From assembly GCA_028023455.1 (NCBI GenBank), contig JAQFVV010000011.1, positions 5,022,001-5,086,000 of the forward strand: a stretch of 64,000 bases of DNA, written 5' to 3'. Position numbers and translations under genes: made by a program. Every line of letters starts with the position of its first letter. Within the stretch, counting starts at the first letter, position 1. This stretch comes from Epiperipatus broadwayi. Lineage: Eukaryota; Animalia; Onychophora. Of this stretch, positions 63,085 to 64,000 are shown one piece after another. The notes under the pieces were generated by a model. It was given only the letters and a program-made list of their open reading frames with translations, searched no databases and was not told the DNA's origin.

Positions 63085-64000
63085 ATAACTTGATTTCAGT
63101 TATGTTAACATAATCATTCTCAACTACATATAGTATTAAAATAACTAAACATTCTCATGTTCATGTGATGTTTATTGGCTTAATCTAACAATTTCATATT
63201 ATTATTTAAGCTTCGTGAATTATTATGATAGCTCCTTGTTGGCTATATAAATTATTTCTTTTATTAATAAAAATAGCCTTTCAAAAATATATAATGTCTT
63301 TATAAAGCATGACAAATATATGTAAAAATGATATTTTTATTAATAAAGGAAATAATTTACCTAATCAACCAGGAACAGCATGAAAATTCATAAAGCTTGA
63401 AATATCCTGTGAAATAGTGCTTGTGGGAAACATTGTAATTCTTAGTATGTAGTTTAAACTTTCTTATCTTTGAAATTTTATTTAATATATACAAATGAAT
63501 GTAATGTCTTTCATTTTATTAGTGATTAGCTTAACAAAGTCTTCTTTTTATCATTTTAGGCTTAAATAATTTATTATAAAAAATACTTTTATAAATTTTA
63601 AAATTTTCATTATAGTTTCGTGATATATCTATATTTACATAAACTTTACTAATCTCACTTTTCACTAAATATACCTTATTTATTATCTGTTTCTACATAT
63701 ATATACAAAATACTTTCTTTTCTTTTTTTTTTTAATTATATAAAATACGTTTTAATTTTATGAAAAAATAAATTGAATTAAAATCTTTAGCACTTTACCA
63801 TTTAGATTTTCTTTAAACTTTGGACATTTCAGTTGATTTTGAAAAATATTACATACAATCAAGAAAAGTCACAGTAAGTACCTATTAAATTCACAATAAT
63901 AGCCAAATTGTTTGAAATCAATTCAGTAAAGAAAAGATTTTTTTTTATTATTTCTCATCATCATCAGTAATCTCACATTCTGATTGGTATCTGAAGAAGC

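Noticed and set aside
63991-64000. CTGAAGAAGC, possible ribozyme start
   Set aside because: Cut by the window edge; cannot be evaluated
1-64000. CRISPR array, prokaryotic operon, rRNA or true tRNA genes; most short ORFs in the track
   Set aside because: None seen. Repeats lack regular spacers, tRNA-like heads are SINE relics, and short ORFs are AT-rich noise or repeat shadows

Overview
Very AT-rich animal (invertebrate, probably arthropod; species not determinable) genomic DNA, with no prokaryotic features. The window is the middle of an ALG9 (alpha-1,2-mannosyltransferase) gene on the + strand: nine phase-consistent GT-AG coding exons between 2394 and 62820, with the first and last exons outside the window. 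The introns (up to 25 kb) are filled with transposon relics: RTE LINEs, a near-complete esterase-ORF1 LINE with two tandem truncated sisters, a piggyBac, a solo LTR, tRNA-derived SINEs, a mariner relic and at least six Penelope-like element (PLE) fragments. The most striking signal is about 19 minimal type-I hammerhead-ribozyme-like motifs in three structural classes, each with a palindromic stem III (ACTAGT, AGCGCT, or ATACGTAT/ATGCGCAT). They sit in short PLE terminal-repeat-like insertions with a recurring inverted-copy + tail + 12-15 bp TSD architecture. Two classes deviate from the canonical core (A-flanked stem II; A3-U8 swap) and show compensatory base changes between copies. Ribozyme activity is inferred from folding by eye, not shown. 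A CpG-rich block in intron 6 suggests an unmethylated regulatory region with candidate alternative exons. Exon numbers below count only exons inside this window.
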